NCBI GenBank assembly: GCA_903828645.1
Contig: CAIKNA010000035.1
Span: 13,789 to 77,788 of the forward strand
Direction: 5' to 3'
DNA from: an uncultured Bacteroidales bacterium
GTDB lineage: Bacteria; Bacteroidota; Bacteroidia; Bacteroidales; FEN-979
Length of the DNA stretch: 64,000 bases
This document shows positions 1 to 8,748 of this stretch, in pieces; within the stretch, counting starts at the first letter, position 1, and each line of letters starts with the position of its first letter. Under the pieces are notes generated by a model. That model was not told the DNA's origin. It saw nothing but the letters and a program-made list of their open reading frames with translations, and did not search any database. The translations under genes and the position numbers were made by a program.

Positions 1-1
1 C

Positions 2-304
2 ATCGTATCTGTCAAAACCGGTGATATCGGCCACTTTATTTTCGAAGACGGGATTGTTATTCTTGTGACAAACACCAATCATCAGTACCCTGTTGATTTT
101 ACACTCGACCAGCTTGCATCCATGCTTGATCCGGCCGAATTCTTCAGGATCAACCGCCAGGTTATCATCAATATCAACTCCATACAAAAATCGGGAACAT
201 ACTTCAACAGCCGGATTAAAATTACGGCTCAATGGCTGCAGGCCGATAGTTCCATTGTGAGCCGCGAACGTGTAAATGATTTTAAAGAATGGCTGGGAAG
301 ATAG
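2..304 (+). CDS. LytTR DNA-binding domain, C-terminal part of a LytR/AlgR-type response regulator (5' end outside window)
   Basis: Frame of ORF 65..304 stays open back to nt 2 (IVSVKTGDIGHFIFEDGIVILV...). FFRINRQVIININ...SRERVNDFKEWL fits the LytTR pattern. TAG at 302-304. Confidence 0.75.
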   Translation: MVSVKTGDIGHFIFEDGIVILVTNTNHQYPVDFTLDQLASMLDPAEFFRINRQVIININSIQKSGTYFNSRIKITAQWLQADSSIVSRERVNDFKEWLGR

Positions 305-357
305 CAGATAGCGAAGACAACTTTCAAACACATGAAGTTTGATCATGGTGCCTGGGA

Positions 358-3321
358 TCAGTCACGCCTGCTGTCGGCTGTCCTGTGTTGGTGATCCGAC
401 CCATCGATCTTTACGAGCGAATTAAACATTGACTGGTCAGTTGTAAGCCGTTCTGCATTGCCGTAAACGCAAAGGGCATTCTGATTCAGCACATCGGCCA
501 CCAGGGGCAGGAATCCCCGGATATCTTCCGGAGTGGTTGAAAGTACCGCATCACGGTCGAATTGGACTTCCTCCACCGTTCGTTGCGACAGGAACATGCT
601 TACCGCCTGGTCCCCTTTTTGCGACGGTGTGAGTGGCGAGTCCATCTCCGAGATCGTCCCGATGATATACCGGGCCATGCTTTGCCGGTCGGCGGCGAAA
701 GTGGAGAGGTATCCGGTTGTGTTGCCGAAATTCTCCAGGGTACTGCCAAGGTTCGGATCGCGGTAGGAGCTGAAGGTGAAGTTGCCGCCAGGCGAGATGC
801 TGCTGAATCCTCCGTAAGCCCCTCCGATCACACGGATACGGGTTTGCAGCCAGTCGGTGGAAAGGATCTGGTTCAGAACCCTCATCCTGGCATCCCATTC
901 ATAGCCCAGGTTTTTATAGTTAAAGCCTTTCACGACGTATTGCACGTTTGATGACGCCATCAACCCCTCATTCTGCGTATCGAAACTGAAACTCCAGGTA
1001 TGGTTCTCAACGCTTCCGTGAGGCAGCTGACGGGCAAGAAAATTCAGCCCGACGGAAAAAACCGCCTGGTCTTTTTTGGCACCGGTGAGGGAGACGACCA
1101 TGTTGTTCCAGGTAAAAAGCAGCGAAGCAACTTTTTCCAGGTTGGAAATGATGGTGGTTGAATTTACGTCGAAATTCTTTAGCAGGTCGGTCACAAACCA
1201 ATAATAGGAAAGCCCGCCGGTGAGTTCATTTAACATTCCCTGGTTGCTGAAATAGGAGGAGAGGCGCCGGCTGGCAACATGATACCCGTTGCCTTTCACC
1301 TGTGCATCGACCTGCGACTGGTGGCGCGAAAGCACCGTTTTCAGGCGTTCCGGATCGTTGAAGATGGTTTGGGTAAGGATCTCTTCAGCAAGTTCAAAAA
1401 GTTTTCCGGTTTTGTAATTCATCGCTTTTGAGCTGACAACAAACTTGGGTAACAACTGCTTGTCGTCCGATTTGACCATATAGGTGCGAAGGGAGGTAAA
1501 AAACCCGCCGGTATGGATGTTCAGCGTCTTATTGAGGTCACCGAAAGAGTAATTTTTTGTATTCATGCTGCCGATCACATTCGTGAGGAGTGAAATGTAG
1601 GGAATCAACTCCTGCGGCACCCTGTGCAGGTCGAATAAGAGGTTCACATAAACCACGTCGTTGGTAAACTGTTCATGTTCCAGGACCGGAATCCCGGCAA
1701 TATTCTGCTGGGTTACCTCGTAAAAAGTAGCTATTGGATCAATGTCGCTGATTTCGAGCATGGGGATTGTTGCGAGGGCCTCTGCCGGGTCTTCGCGCTG
1801 CTGGTAGGCGATGAGTTCGGCCGTTTCGCGGATCAGCGTTTCGATGGCGGCGTCATCAAGCGATGCTTTATGGACTTCAAGTTCGGCTTCGACAGCGGCA
1901 TTTCGTTCTTTTTCCAGCCCTGTGGAAGGTTCCAGGGTCAGTATTAGGGTGTGCGGATTGTCCAGGAAATATTCAAGGATGATTTTTTCCAGGTAATCGG
2001 TTGTCAGCGATTTTTTTACCTCGGCCAGCGTGGCGTCAAATTCCAGCCCGGTGAGCGGGTCGCCGGCAAAGAACCATCCCGGGAGGGCCATGTTCAGGTA
2101 AGTGAGGCCTTTGTGGGCGTCATCGCCTTCCCTCAGGCGGAATTCAATGCGGTTTATCACTCCTTCGATCTCCTCCTTGTTCAGCCCTTCAGATGCTGCT
2201 TTCCTCAGGGTTTCCGTCACAATGGCCAGGAATTTTCCTTTGTCTCCCGGGTTGGCGTTGATGGCGGCGATTTGCACGGCGTGCTGTTTGAAATTGGAGG
2301 AAGAACCCGATACATCCTGCCCGATGCCAGCCTCAAGCAGCGCCTTGCGGACAGGGGCTGATTCCTGGTTCACCAGCACTTCGCAAAGGATGTCGAGGGC
2401 CAGTGTAAGTGCCAGGTTGGTGTTGTGTCCGGCAACGAAATTGTAGGTCAGGAAGGTCTGGTTCAAAGTTTCCGATTCCTCCATCACCGGGTAATAGGAA
2501 GTAACCTCCTTCATGGCCGCAAATGACGGCTGGTCATCGATGGTGATCTGGTTCCCGGTCCTTGTGAAATTGGCGAGATAAGCCGAATCAATGAAAGCCA
2601 GCTCCTTTTCAAGATCGGCGTTGCCGTACAAAAAGATATAACTGTTTTCGGGATGGTAATATTTTTGGTGAAATGCCATGAACGCTTCCCGTGTCAGGGT
2701 CGGAATAGCGGCCGGGGTTCCGCCCGATTCAAAGCCATAGGCGTTGTCGGGGAAAAGGTGTCTGAATACCTGGTACCAGAGTTCGCGCTGGGGGTTTGAG
2801 AATGAACCCTTCATCTCATTGTAAACCACCCCGGTGTAAGCCAGGGGCTCATCCCCGGAGGTGAGCTCGTAATGCCATCCCTCCTGTTTGAGAATGCGGG
2901 GATCGTCATAGATCAGCGGGTTGAAAACGGCGTCGAGGTATACGTGCATGAGGTTGAAATAATCCTTGTCGTTCATGCTGGCCACAGGGTACATGGTGTA
3001 ATCCTTGGAGGTAAAAGCATTTAGAAAGGTGCTCAGCGATCCTTTGAGGAGCATATCGAACGGGCTTTTAACCGGGAAGCTCTTTGAACCGTTGAGAACG
3101 GAATGTTCCATGATGTGCGGTGCGCCGTTATCCGATTCGGGAAAGGTTTTAAAACCGATGCTGAACGTCTTATTCGTGTCGTCGGAAATGATCTTCAGCA
3201 GGCTGGCGCCGCTTTTTACATGTTCGAAATGGAGGCAGTCGGCATTCAGTTCCCGCACAAAGCGACGTTCGGCAAGGCGGAAACCGTGATACATATTGTT
3301 GGCAATATATGTTGTGGCCAT
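358..3321 (-). CDS. M16C (PreP/falcilysin-like) zinc metallopeptidase, 987 aa
   Basis: Inverted zinc motif HIMEH (GAPHIMEHSVLNGS) near the N-terminus. The ~1000 aa single-chain four-domain size is typical of M16C. ATG start at 3321. Confidence 0.85.
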   Translation of the reverse strand: MATTYIANNMYHGFRLAERRFVRELNADCLHFEHVKSGASLLKIISDDTNKTFSIGFKTFPESDNGAPHIMEHSVLNGSKSFPVKSPFDMLLKGSLSTFLNAFTSKDYTMYPVASMNDKDYFNLMHVYLDAVFNPLIYDDPRILKQEGWHYELTSGDEPLAYTGVVYNEMKGSFSNPQRELWYQVFRHLFPDNAYGFESGGTPAAIPTLTREAFMAFHQKYYHPENSYIFLYGNADLEKELAFIDSAYLANFTRTGNQITIDDQPSFAAMKEVTSYYPVMEESETLNQTFLTYNFVAGHNTNLALTLALDILCEVLVNQESAPVRKALLEAGIGQDVSGSSSNFKQHAVQIAAINANPGDKGKFLAIVTETLRKAASEGLNKEEIEGVINRIEFRLREGDDAHKGLTYLNMALPGWFFAGDPLTGLEFDATLAEVKKSLTTDYLEKIILEYFLDNPHTLILTLEPSTGLEKERNAAVEAELEVHKASLDDAAIETLIRETAELIAYQQREDPAEALATIPMLEISDIDPIATFYEVTQQNIAGIPVLEHEQFTNDVVYVNLLFDLHRVPQELIPYISLLTNVIGSMNTKNYSFGDLNKTLNIHTGGFFTSLRTYMVKSDDKQLLPKFVVSSKAMNYKTGKLFELAEEILTQTIFNDPERLKTVLSRHQSQVDAQVKGNGYHVASRRLSSYFSNQGMLNELTGGLSYYWFVTDLLKNFDVNSTTIISNLEKVASLLFTWNNMVVSLTGAKKDQAVFSVGLNFLARQLPHGSVENHTWSFSFDTQNEGLMASSNVQYVVKGFNYKNLGYEWDARMRVLNQILSTDWLQTRIRVIGGAYGGFSSISPGGNFTFSSYRDPNLGSTLENFGNTTGYLSTFAADRQSMARYIIGTISEMDSPLTPSQKGDQAVSMFLSQRTVEEVQFDRDAVLSTTPEDIRGFLPLVADVLNQNALCVYGNAERLTTDQSMFNSLVKIDGSDHQHRTADSRRD

Positions 3322-3342
3322 AAATAAGGTTCAATTTGGCGA

Positions 3343-3350
3343 CAAAGATA
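3343..3350 (-). promoter_or_regulatory. Bacteroidota sigma-A -7 box (TATCTTTG)
   Basis: Exact TAnnTTTG match on the minus strand, 21 nt upstream of the M16C ATG. Confidence 0.45.
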
Positions 3351-3466
3351 ACGCAACATTGGTTAAACAAATTTGGCGGCTGGTAAGCTTTTTTTGCAGG
3401 GTAGGATAATCGCGAAGTTTTTTTATATTTACACGATAGAAGTTTTAGAACCTTAAGTTTATCCTT

Positions 3467-4312
3467 ATGCGGACCTTTCTGTTTTTTTTCCTGATGATAC
3501 CGGTGATTCTGCGGGCCCAGCTCATCGTGCCGCTGACTGCCGAAAGTTTCCCGGATGCCACCATTGGCGCTCCAACCATATACGACAACGCATCAGTGAT
3601 GGAATATAACGAGGATGCGGCTGTTTTTATCGAATCAGGGTTCCAATCCCTCATGGTCCAGGAGATCGTATGGGATAAAGTAACCATCAAGGTTGAAGTA
3701 TACCAGATGGCAACCCCTGCAGCTGCATTCGGTATCAATTCCATCTCTCTTCTGAAATGCCTGCAGCGCGACACCCTCACCCCGTTCGACTGCAACGGCA
3801 TTTACCAGTACCAGGCGGCTTACGGGAATTTATACATTTCTGTAAGCAATGAATCAGGATCTGCAGCAGCTCGTACCCATTACCTCCCAGTTGCAAATGC
3901 CATCATGCAGAAGAACCCGCAACAGGTTTTCAAACTGCCGGTTCCGTTCACCCAGCCGCTGATGAATAAAGGAAAGAAAAACCTGGTTTTTGTCCAGGGC
4001 CCGGTCGGACTTCAATACATCCTCTTTCCATGGCAGGATCTTTTTACAGGAATTGATTTCGGGATGTTTGCCATTGTGCTTGCGAATACCCAGTCAGACA
4101 TCTACTTTGCCCGTATCCAGTTTGCGGCACCCGATGGCATGATGAGGTTTCTCCGGCTGGCAGGATTGATGCAGGGAGATGTGCCGGTACCCAATACCAA
4201 CACAAACGATGGAATTTACCGGGAGTATCAGCAGGTGGATTACCAGACCATCTATTTTCTCCAAAGCCAGGAGCCCTGGCCGATCAGTGCGGTGATATCC
4301 GCCGATAAATAA
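3467..4312 (+). CDS. hypothetical secreted protein, 281 aa
   Basis: Signal-peptide-like N-terminus MRTFLFFFLMIPVILRAQ. No family recognised. Confidence 0.6.
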   Translation: MRTFLFFFLMIPVILRAQLIVPLTAESFPDATIGAPTIYDNASVMEYNEDAAVFIESGFQSLMVQEIVWDKVTIKVEVYQMATPAAAFGINSISLLKCLQRDTLTPFDCNGIYQYQAAYGNLYISVSNESGSAAARTHYLPVANAIMQKNPQQVFKLPVPFTQPLMNKGKKNLVFVQGPVGLQYILFPWQDLFTGIDFGMFAIVLANTQSDIYFARIQFAAPDGMMRFLRLAGLMQGDVPVPNTNTNDGIYREYQQVDYQTIYFLQSQEPWPISAVISADK

Positions 4313-4320
4313 CCTGCCCG

Positions 4321-4920
4321 CTATTTTATCAGCGATAACCCCTCCAAAGCCGAGGTATCCTTTGGCTTGTTCAGCAGTACCTTGTTGAACATCACCTGCG
4401 CCTCGCGCAACTTTCCTAGTTTGTAAAATGTCCAGGCATAAAGGAGCATGCTGTCGTAATCGAATGGGTAAAGGTTGATGACCTTTTCAAGGTGTTTTTC
4501 GGCTTTGGCGTAATCTTTCCTTCCGTAATAGATCGAACCCAGGCGGTAATTGGCGGTTGTGTTTTGCGGATCAATGACGAGAATCTCATTGTATTCGGAT
4601 ACAACCTGGTCCCAGTTGCCAAGCGCTGAAGCAGGGTTTGCAAACCCCAGTTTGGCTTCAATCGAGTAGGGTTTCAGTTTGATGGCTTTCTGGTAGTAGG
4701 CAGCCGATTCGGTGAACGCCCCGTTCAGATAGGTCACCCATCCAAGGCGCAGGTTTATTTCATACGAATCCTCCTGGTAAATGGTCTTCATGGTACCTAT
4801 GGCGTCTGCGAAATCCCCCCGCCCTTCATATTCCTGGCTTTTGGCGAATGCCTCCCGAAGCGTCGTATAATTTGTCTGGCTGAACAGGCTCAGCGAAGTA
4901 AAGAAAAGCAATGAAGCCAT
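4321..4920 (-). CDS. TPR-repeat protein with signal peptide (about 199 aa)
   Basis: Start moved to MASLLFFTSLSLFSQ (ATG at 4920). The ORF-track N-terminus (KCKMQNAKCKMQ) is only the translated heptamer array. TPR-like AxxYYxKAIxLxP repeats. Confidence 0.7.
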   Translation of the reverse strand: MASLLFFTSLSLFSQTNYTTLREAFAKSQEYEGRGDFADAIGTMKTIYQEDSYEINLRLGWVTYLNGAFTESAAYYQKAIKLKPYSIEAKLGFANPASALGNWDQVVSEYNEILVIDPQNTTANYRLGSIYYGRKDYAKAEKHLEKVINLYPFDYDSMLLYAWTFYKLGKLREAQVMFNKVLLNKPKDTSALEGLSLIK

Positions 4921-4945
4921 GATAAATTGCAGCTGCAAAAAACCT

Positions 4946-5008
4946 TGCATTTTACATTTTGCACTTTGCATTTTGCACTTTGCATTTTGCATTTTGCATT
5001 TTGCATTT
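4946..5008. repeat. tandem heptamer array (TGCATTT)x9, slightly degenerate
   Basis: tgcattt tacattt tgcactt tgcattt tgcactt tgcattt x4. Fills the spacer between the OMP stop (5013) and the TPR gene start (4920). Confidence 0.95.
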
Positions 5009-5012
5009 TGTT

Positions 5013-6512
5013 TTAAAATTTCCATGTGATTCCTCCGATTAGCGTGTTTGTATTATAAGGGTTGTTCGTGGTTTGCTTGACTTCATTGACCAGGTGTGTA
5101 TCCGGATCCTGCGTTTTGATGTAATAGATTTGCTGACTCTCCCTTCGGGAATACTGGTAAATGATTGAAAACGAGAGGTGTTTGCCCGCCTGGAATACCA
5201 GCGAGGCACCACCGCGGTAATCGATCATATCGCTGTTGTTATAAACGATGGAACCATTGAAAATATTTGCATTGGTATAGTCGCCGTAATAAAAATTCGC
5301 TTCGCCCCACATCCAGGGAGTGATTTTTGCCCCGATGACCTGGCTCAGCAGGAGTCGCTGTACCGTGCCCTGGAAAAAACCGGTCGCCGTGGTGGTCTCG
5401 TATAAATTGAGGTTGCCCAGGGGGTACCAGGTTAAGGAGGCCCCGGCCTGTTTTTGCGTTTTATTGTTGAGATTCGACCAGCTCCCGTGAACTCCGATGT
5501 TGAACATACCAAGATCTTTGGTAACCTGCAACGCAGCAACGTAGTTGTTAAAGGATGTATCAGACCGTGAATAGGAATAAACAACCCGGTCGAAAGGAAA
5601 GGTTACGTAATTGCTGTCGTAAGCAGTAAAATAGCCTGTATCGGTAACCCGTTGCAGCTTATAGGCACTGCTGACGACCGGATAACTGACATGTATAAAA
5701 TGGAAAGCGGGCATCACCTTTAGTCCCCAGGGAAGGAGCACCGTGGCGCCGATATGTCCTTCAAACTGGGTTACATGATAGGTAAAAGAGGTATCATGGA
5801 TGACTTTTGGAAAAGTGTAGTGATAAAATTTGCCCCATGATGAGTCTGCAATGGTTTGAAGCTGGTCTTCGATAGAGCAATACTGGATATATTTCGTTTT
5901 TGCGAAGTCAAGGTAATTGAAAGCCGCCGACAGGCTGACCCTTTTTGCAATCCTTAGCTTCACACTGAGGTTACTGTATGAACTGTTGCCATAAAGATCC
6001 TGTTCCCCATAGAGGCTGTCGCTGCCCATCAGGGTGGCGAGGTTAGCAGGCGCCCTGTCGCTGCTAACCATGTAGCCTCCTTCGGCGTGGATCTCCTCCA
6101 GCCCCCCGGGCTCATCCCCGGGCTCATCCCCGGGCTTAAGCCCGGGGTTTAAGGGGCCAGTCACCCGTGCCTCTTCACTCCTGTTCGTATAGAGGTAGGC
6201 GAGATAAAGATAGTTGGCCACGATCGGATCTGACGAATTGAACTGCCTGGCTTTTTTCAGATGGGTGGCTGCCGGGAAATAGTCTGATTTTTTAAAATAG
6301 GAGATCCCCATCCGCACCCTCAGGTAGTAGTAATCGATGTCTTGCCTCAATGCCTGCTTGCCGACCACGATCACACTGTCCCATTTTTCCTCCTGGAAAC
6401 AACGGTACGTCAGCCGGTCAATGGTTGCGAAATCGAGTCTGGTTGCGGCCACGGACGATGTGCCGCAAAGCGACGCAAGGAGGATCAGGAAAAAGCCAAG
6501 GTTTTTTTTCAT
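5013..6512 (-). CDS. outer-membrane protein: N-terminal TPR-like region plus C-terminal beta-barrel, 499 aa
   Basis: Signal peptide MKKNLGFFLILLASLCG. About 110 aa of helical TPR-like sequence, then a PGDEPGDEPGG linker. Alternating aromatic/hydrophilic beta-strand pattern ending in the terminal ...GITWKF (C-terminal Phe, the OMP signature). Confidence 0.65.
   Translation of the reverse strand: MKKNLGFFLILLASLCGTSSVAATRLDFATIDRLTYRCFQEEKWDSVIVVGKQALRQDIDYYYLRVRMGISYFKKSDYFPAATHLKKARQFNSSDPIVANYLYLAYLYTNRSEEARVTGPLNPGLKPGDEPGDEPGGLEEIHAEGGYMVSSDRAPANLATLMGSDSLYGEQDLYGNSSYSNLSVKLRIAKRVSLSAAFNYLDFAKTKYIQYCSIEDQLQTIADSSWGKFYHYTFPKVIHDTSFTYHVTQFEGHIGATVLLPWGLKVMPAFHFIHVSYPVVSSAYKLQRVTDTGYFTAYDSNYVTFPFDRVVYSYSRSDTSFNNYVAALQVTKDLGMFNIGVHGSWSNLNNKTQKQAGASLTWYPLGNLNLYETTTATGFFQGTVQRLLLSQVIGAKITPWMWGEANFYYGDYTNANIFNGSIVYNNSDMIDYRGGASLVFQAGKHLSFSIIYQYSRRESQQIYYIKTQDPDTHLVNEVKQTTNNPYNTNTLIGGITWKF
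6104..6150. repeat. 12-nt tandem repeat (ccccgggctcat) ending in a 20-bp perfect palindrome, inside the OMP CDS
   Basis: Units at 6104-6115, 6116-6127 and 6128-6139. ccccgggctt/aagcccgggg (6128-6147) is self-complementary. The region encodes PGLKPGDEPGDEPGG. Confidence 0.9.
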
Positions 6513-8719
6513 CGGCCGCTAACCAGTCTGACTTCAGTTTCTTTTTCATTTTCGCGGATGACGAACCGCTCCAGTCCATGGATTCCGATAAAAAGGTCGC
6601 ACTCCATTTTTTTTATTTCATGACTGCCGATCCTGGCAGAAACTTCCGACTTCAGGCGGATATTGGTCTGCATGAGTGCATCATCCATCCCCAGGTACCG
6701 GAGATTGTATTCCGGCCTGGTAAAAAGAATGAAAGGCGCCACAAAATCCTGCACCAAACCAACCAGCCGGTTGTTGAAAGTGTTTACGGGGTATTGGTCT
6801 TTCACCAGGAGATTGCGGTAATAACCCATCATTACCTTGTAGGCACCCAGGAAAAATTTAAAGAGCAGCGAGGATCGGTCACCTTCAAAAAAAGTGAAGT
6901 AATGAATGTCGCCATCGTTGCGAAACCATGCCCTTGATTTTGTCTTCCCGCAATATAAACAAGTCTGGTTCATTGCATCGACCTGAACCTCCCAGTATAC
7001 CTGGTACTCCTTGCCATCCGCGGGTGATACGCTGAATTTGAATTCCTGGCCCGGGATGAAGTGAAAAGCTTTTTCAAGGGATGCATTTTTACTGATGTTT
7101 GAAACCACCACATTGTTCTCGGGTGTTTCATACGATTTCAACTCGAAAACACCGCTTTTATGCCGGATGTAATGGCTGATGGGATAGTCGAGGGTGCGCG
7201 AGCCGATATAGGGTGTGCCCTGGAGTTGAAAATGGATGTGAGGTACCGGTGAACGCCCTGAGTTTCCGCAGGCTGCAATCACCTGTCCTTTTTTTACGGA
7301 ATCGCCTACGGCAACCTTGAAACTCCCTTTTTTCAGGTGTGACAACTTGGAATAGAGCAGGTCGGCATGATGCAGGATGATGGTGTTTCCCCAGTTGTGG
7401 TCGAGGTCGACATTGCCGATTTCATTCTCATCCACATCATCCACGATCTCCTGTACGGTTCCATCCGCAGGGGCGATCACAGGCTTGTTGTATGCATAAT
7501 AATCATCACGGGTCTCCCCGTCGCCGGTATAGCTGAGCCCCTCATCGTCCATTATCTCGAAATCCCAGGCATGCCGCCAGTCGCCCTGGTGGGTGAATTT
7601 GCCATTGTGGCTCTGCGAGATCTTCCATTCGCCCCAGAATGGCAGGACAAAAGGGAAAAAGAGCGCTTTACCGAATCGCGCCTTATAATTCACATGGGAG
7701 TAAAGGTTTTTCTCAGGAGAAAATTGCTGGTACATTACCAGTTCGGGTTTGTCAAAAAAGCGTTCGCGGAATTTCAGGGCATACAGGAAAATCAGCACCA
7801 CCATGTTGAATGGCAGCGAATAGACCGACAACTGAAAGATGGTGAAAATTGCCTGGGTGCTGGTCAGAATGATCGAAATCAGCGGCGTAAGCAGGATGAC
7901 CCACAGAAAGGACCACCACGACGGGATGATGAAAAAACCGCCTATGGCGATAGCGGTGAGAATGAAATTGAACCCGATGAAACTATAACTGAGCTCATGG
8001 ATATCGGCCCCGATGAAATGGTAGTAGGCATAGGCCGAAAAGAAACCCACCAGTGAAAGGATGAAGGAGATGCGCGAATAGATAAGCAATCCAAGTGCGA
8101 TCAGGATTCCCGCAAACAAATGGTATTGAAAGAAGATGGCTCCCAGCGATGTAAAATAGAGCCGCACCGATTCAGGGATCCCAAGGTTGGTAAGCCAGTT
8201 GTACGAATCTACCATGCGCTGCCCGCCCAGCATGAACATTTCGTTGGTCATGTAGATGCCCCGTTCGCTCACATGAAGCGCGGTAAACTGCCTCGTGGCA
8301 AGGCTAACCAGCCAGGTTCCGAGTAGAAAGGATAGGCTCAGAAAGGGCAATCCGTATTTGCCGATAACTCCTTCAAGAAAAAGGGTCAGAAAAAGCGTAA
8401 GCAGGGACGCAAATCCGAGGACGATGAAAAATTCGGTCCCGGGCTGGTAATAAACACCCAGCCCCAGTCCGACCAGCAAGCTGTTGAACCCGTAATACCC
8501 TTTTTTAATGTTGTCGCGGTTGAACCCGATACTGTATGCCAGGATGTTGGTAACCATCACCGCGATCACCCCGCTCAAACCAGCCCAGAAGTCAAAAAAC
8601 GACACCACGATCAGGACCAGCGAAAACACCCTGCTGTTCGAAAAAAAGATCTGGGTATAGCTGTTCAGGACGCTCGAAAGGAACGAAGGAAAGACGGTTT
8701 TCAGGCTTTTATAAGTCAA
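6509..8719 (-). CDS. fusion membrane protein: urea-transporter-like (UT) polytopic domain + M23 (LytM-type) metallopeptidase domain + about 230 aa unknown C-terminal domain
   Basis: N-terminus LNSYTQIFFSN followed by about 10 hydrophobic helices resembles the UT family. M23 motifs HxxxD (HAWDFEIMDD) and HxH (PHIHFQL). TTG start at 8719. Its stop overlaps the OMP start (ATGA at 6509-6512). Confidence 0.7.
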   Translation of the reverse strand: MTYKSLKTVFPSFLSSVLNSYTQIFFSNSRVFSLVLIVVSFFDFWAGLSGVIAVMVTNILAYSIGFNRDNIKKGYYGFNSLLVGLGLGVYYQPGTEFFIVLGFASLLTLFLTLFLEGVIGKYGLPFLSLSFLLGTWLVSLATRQFTALHVSERGIYMTNEMFMLGGQRMVDSYNWLTNLGIPESVRLYFTSLGAIFFQYHLFAGILIALGLLIYSRISFILSLVGFFSAYAYYHFIGADIHELSYSFIGFNFILTAIAIGGFFIIPSWWSFLWVILLTPLISIILTSTQAIFTIFQLSVYSLPFNMVVLIFLYALKFRERFFDKPELVMYQQFSPEKNLYSHVNYKARFGKALFFPFVLPFWGEWKISQSHNGKFTHQGDWRHAWDFEIMDDEGLSYTGDGETRDDYYAYNKPVIAPADGTVQEIVDDVDENEIGNVDLDHNWGNTIILHHADLLYSKLSHLKKGSFKVAVGDSVKKGQVIAACGNSGRSPVPHIHFQLQGTPYIGSRTLDYPISHYIRHKSGVFELKSYETPENNVVVSNISKNASLEKAFHFIPGQEFKFSVSPADGKEYQVYWEVQVDAMNQTCLYCGKTKSRAWFRNDGDIHYFTFFEGDRSSLLFKFFLGAYKVMMGYYRNLLVKDQYPVNTFNNRLVGLVQDFVAPFILFTRPEYNLRYLGMDDALMQTNIRLKSEVSARIGSHEIKKMECDLFIGIHGLERFVIRENEKETEVRLVSGR

Positions 8720-8723
8720 TATT

Positions 8724-8748
8724 ATTTACGATTTACGATTTACGATTT
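8724..8748. repeat. tandem heptamer array (ATTTACG)x3.6
   Basis: atttacg atttacg atttacg attt. Fills the 27-nt spacer between the decarboxylase stop and the UT/M23 start. Confidence 0.95.

Noticed and set aside
4921-5025. N-terminal extension MEILKQNAKCKMQNAKCKMQSAKCKMQ of the TPR protein
   Set aside because: It is encoded entirely by the TGCATTT array. A proper signal peptide starts at the internal Met (4920).
6128-6147. 20-bp perfect palindrome inside the OMP gene as a possible regulatory or recombination site
   Set aside because: It most simply results from the 12-nt in-frame repeat (PGDEPGDEPG linker) meeting its own complement (cccggg cores). It is kept as a repeat feature, but there is no evidence of a separate function.
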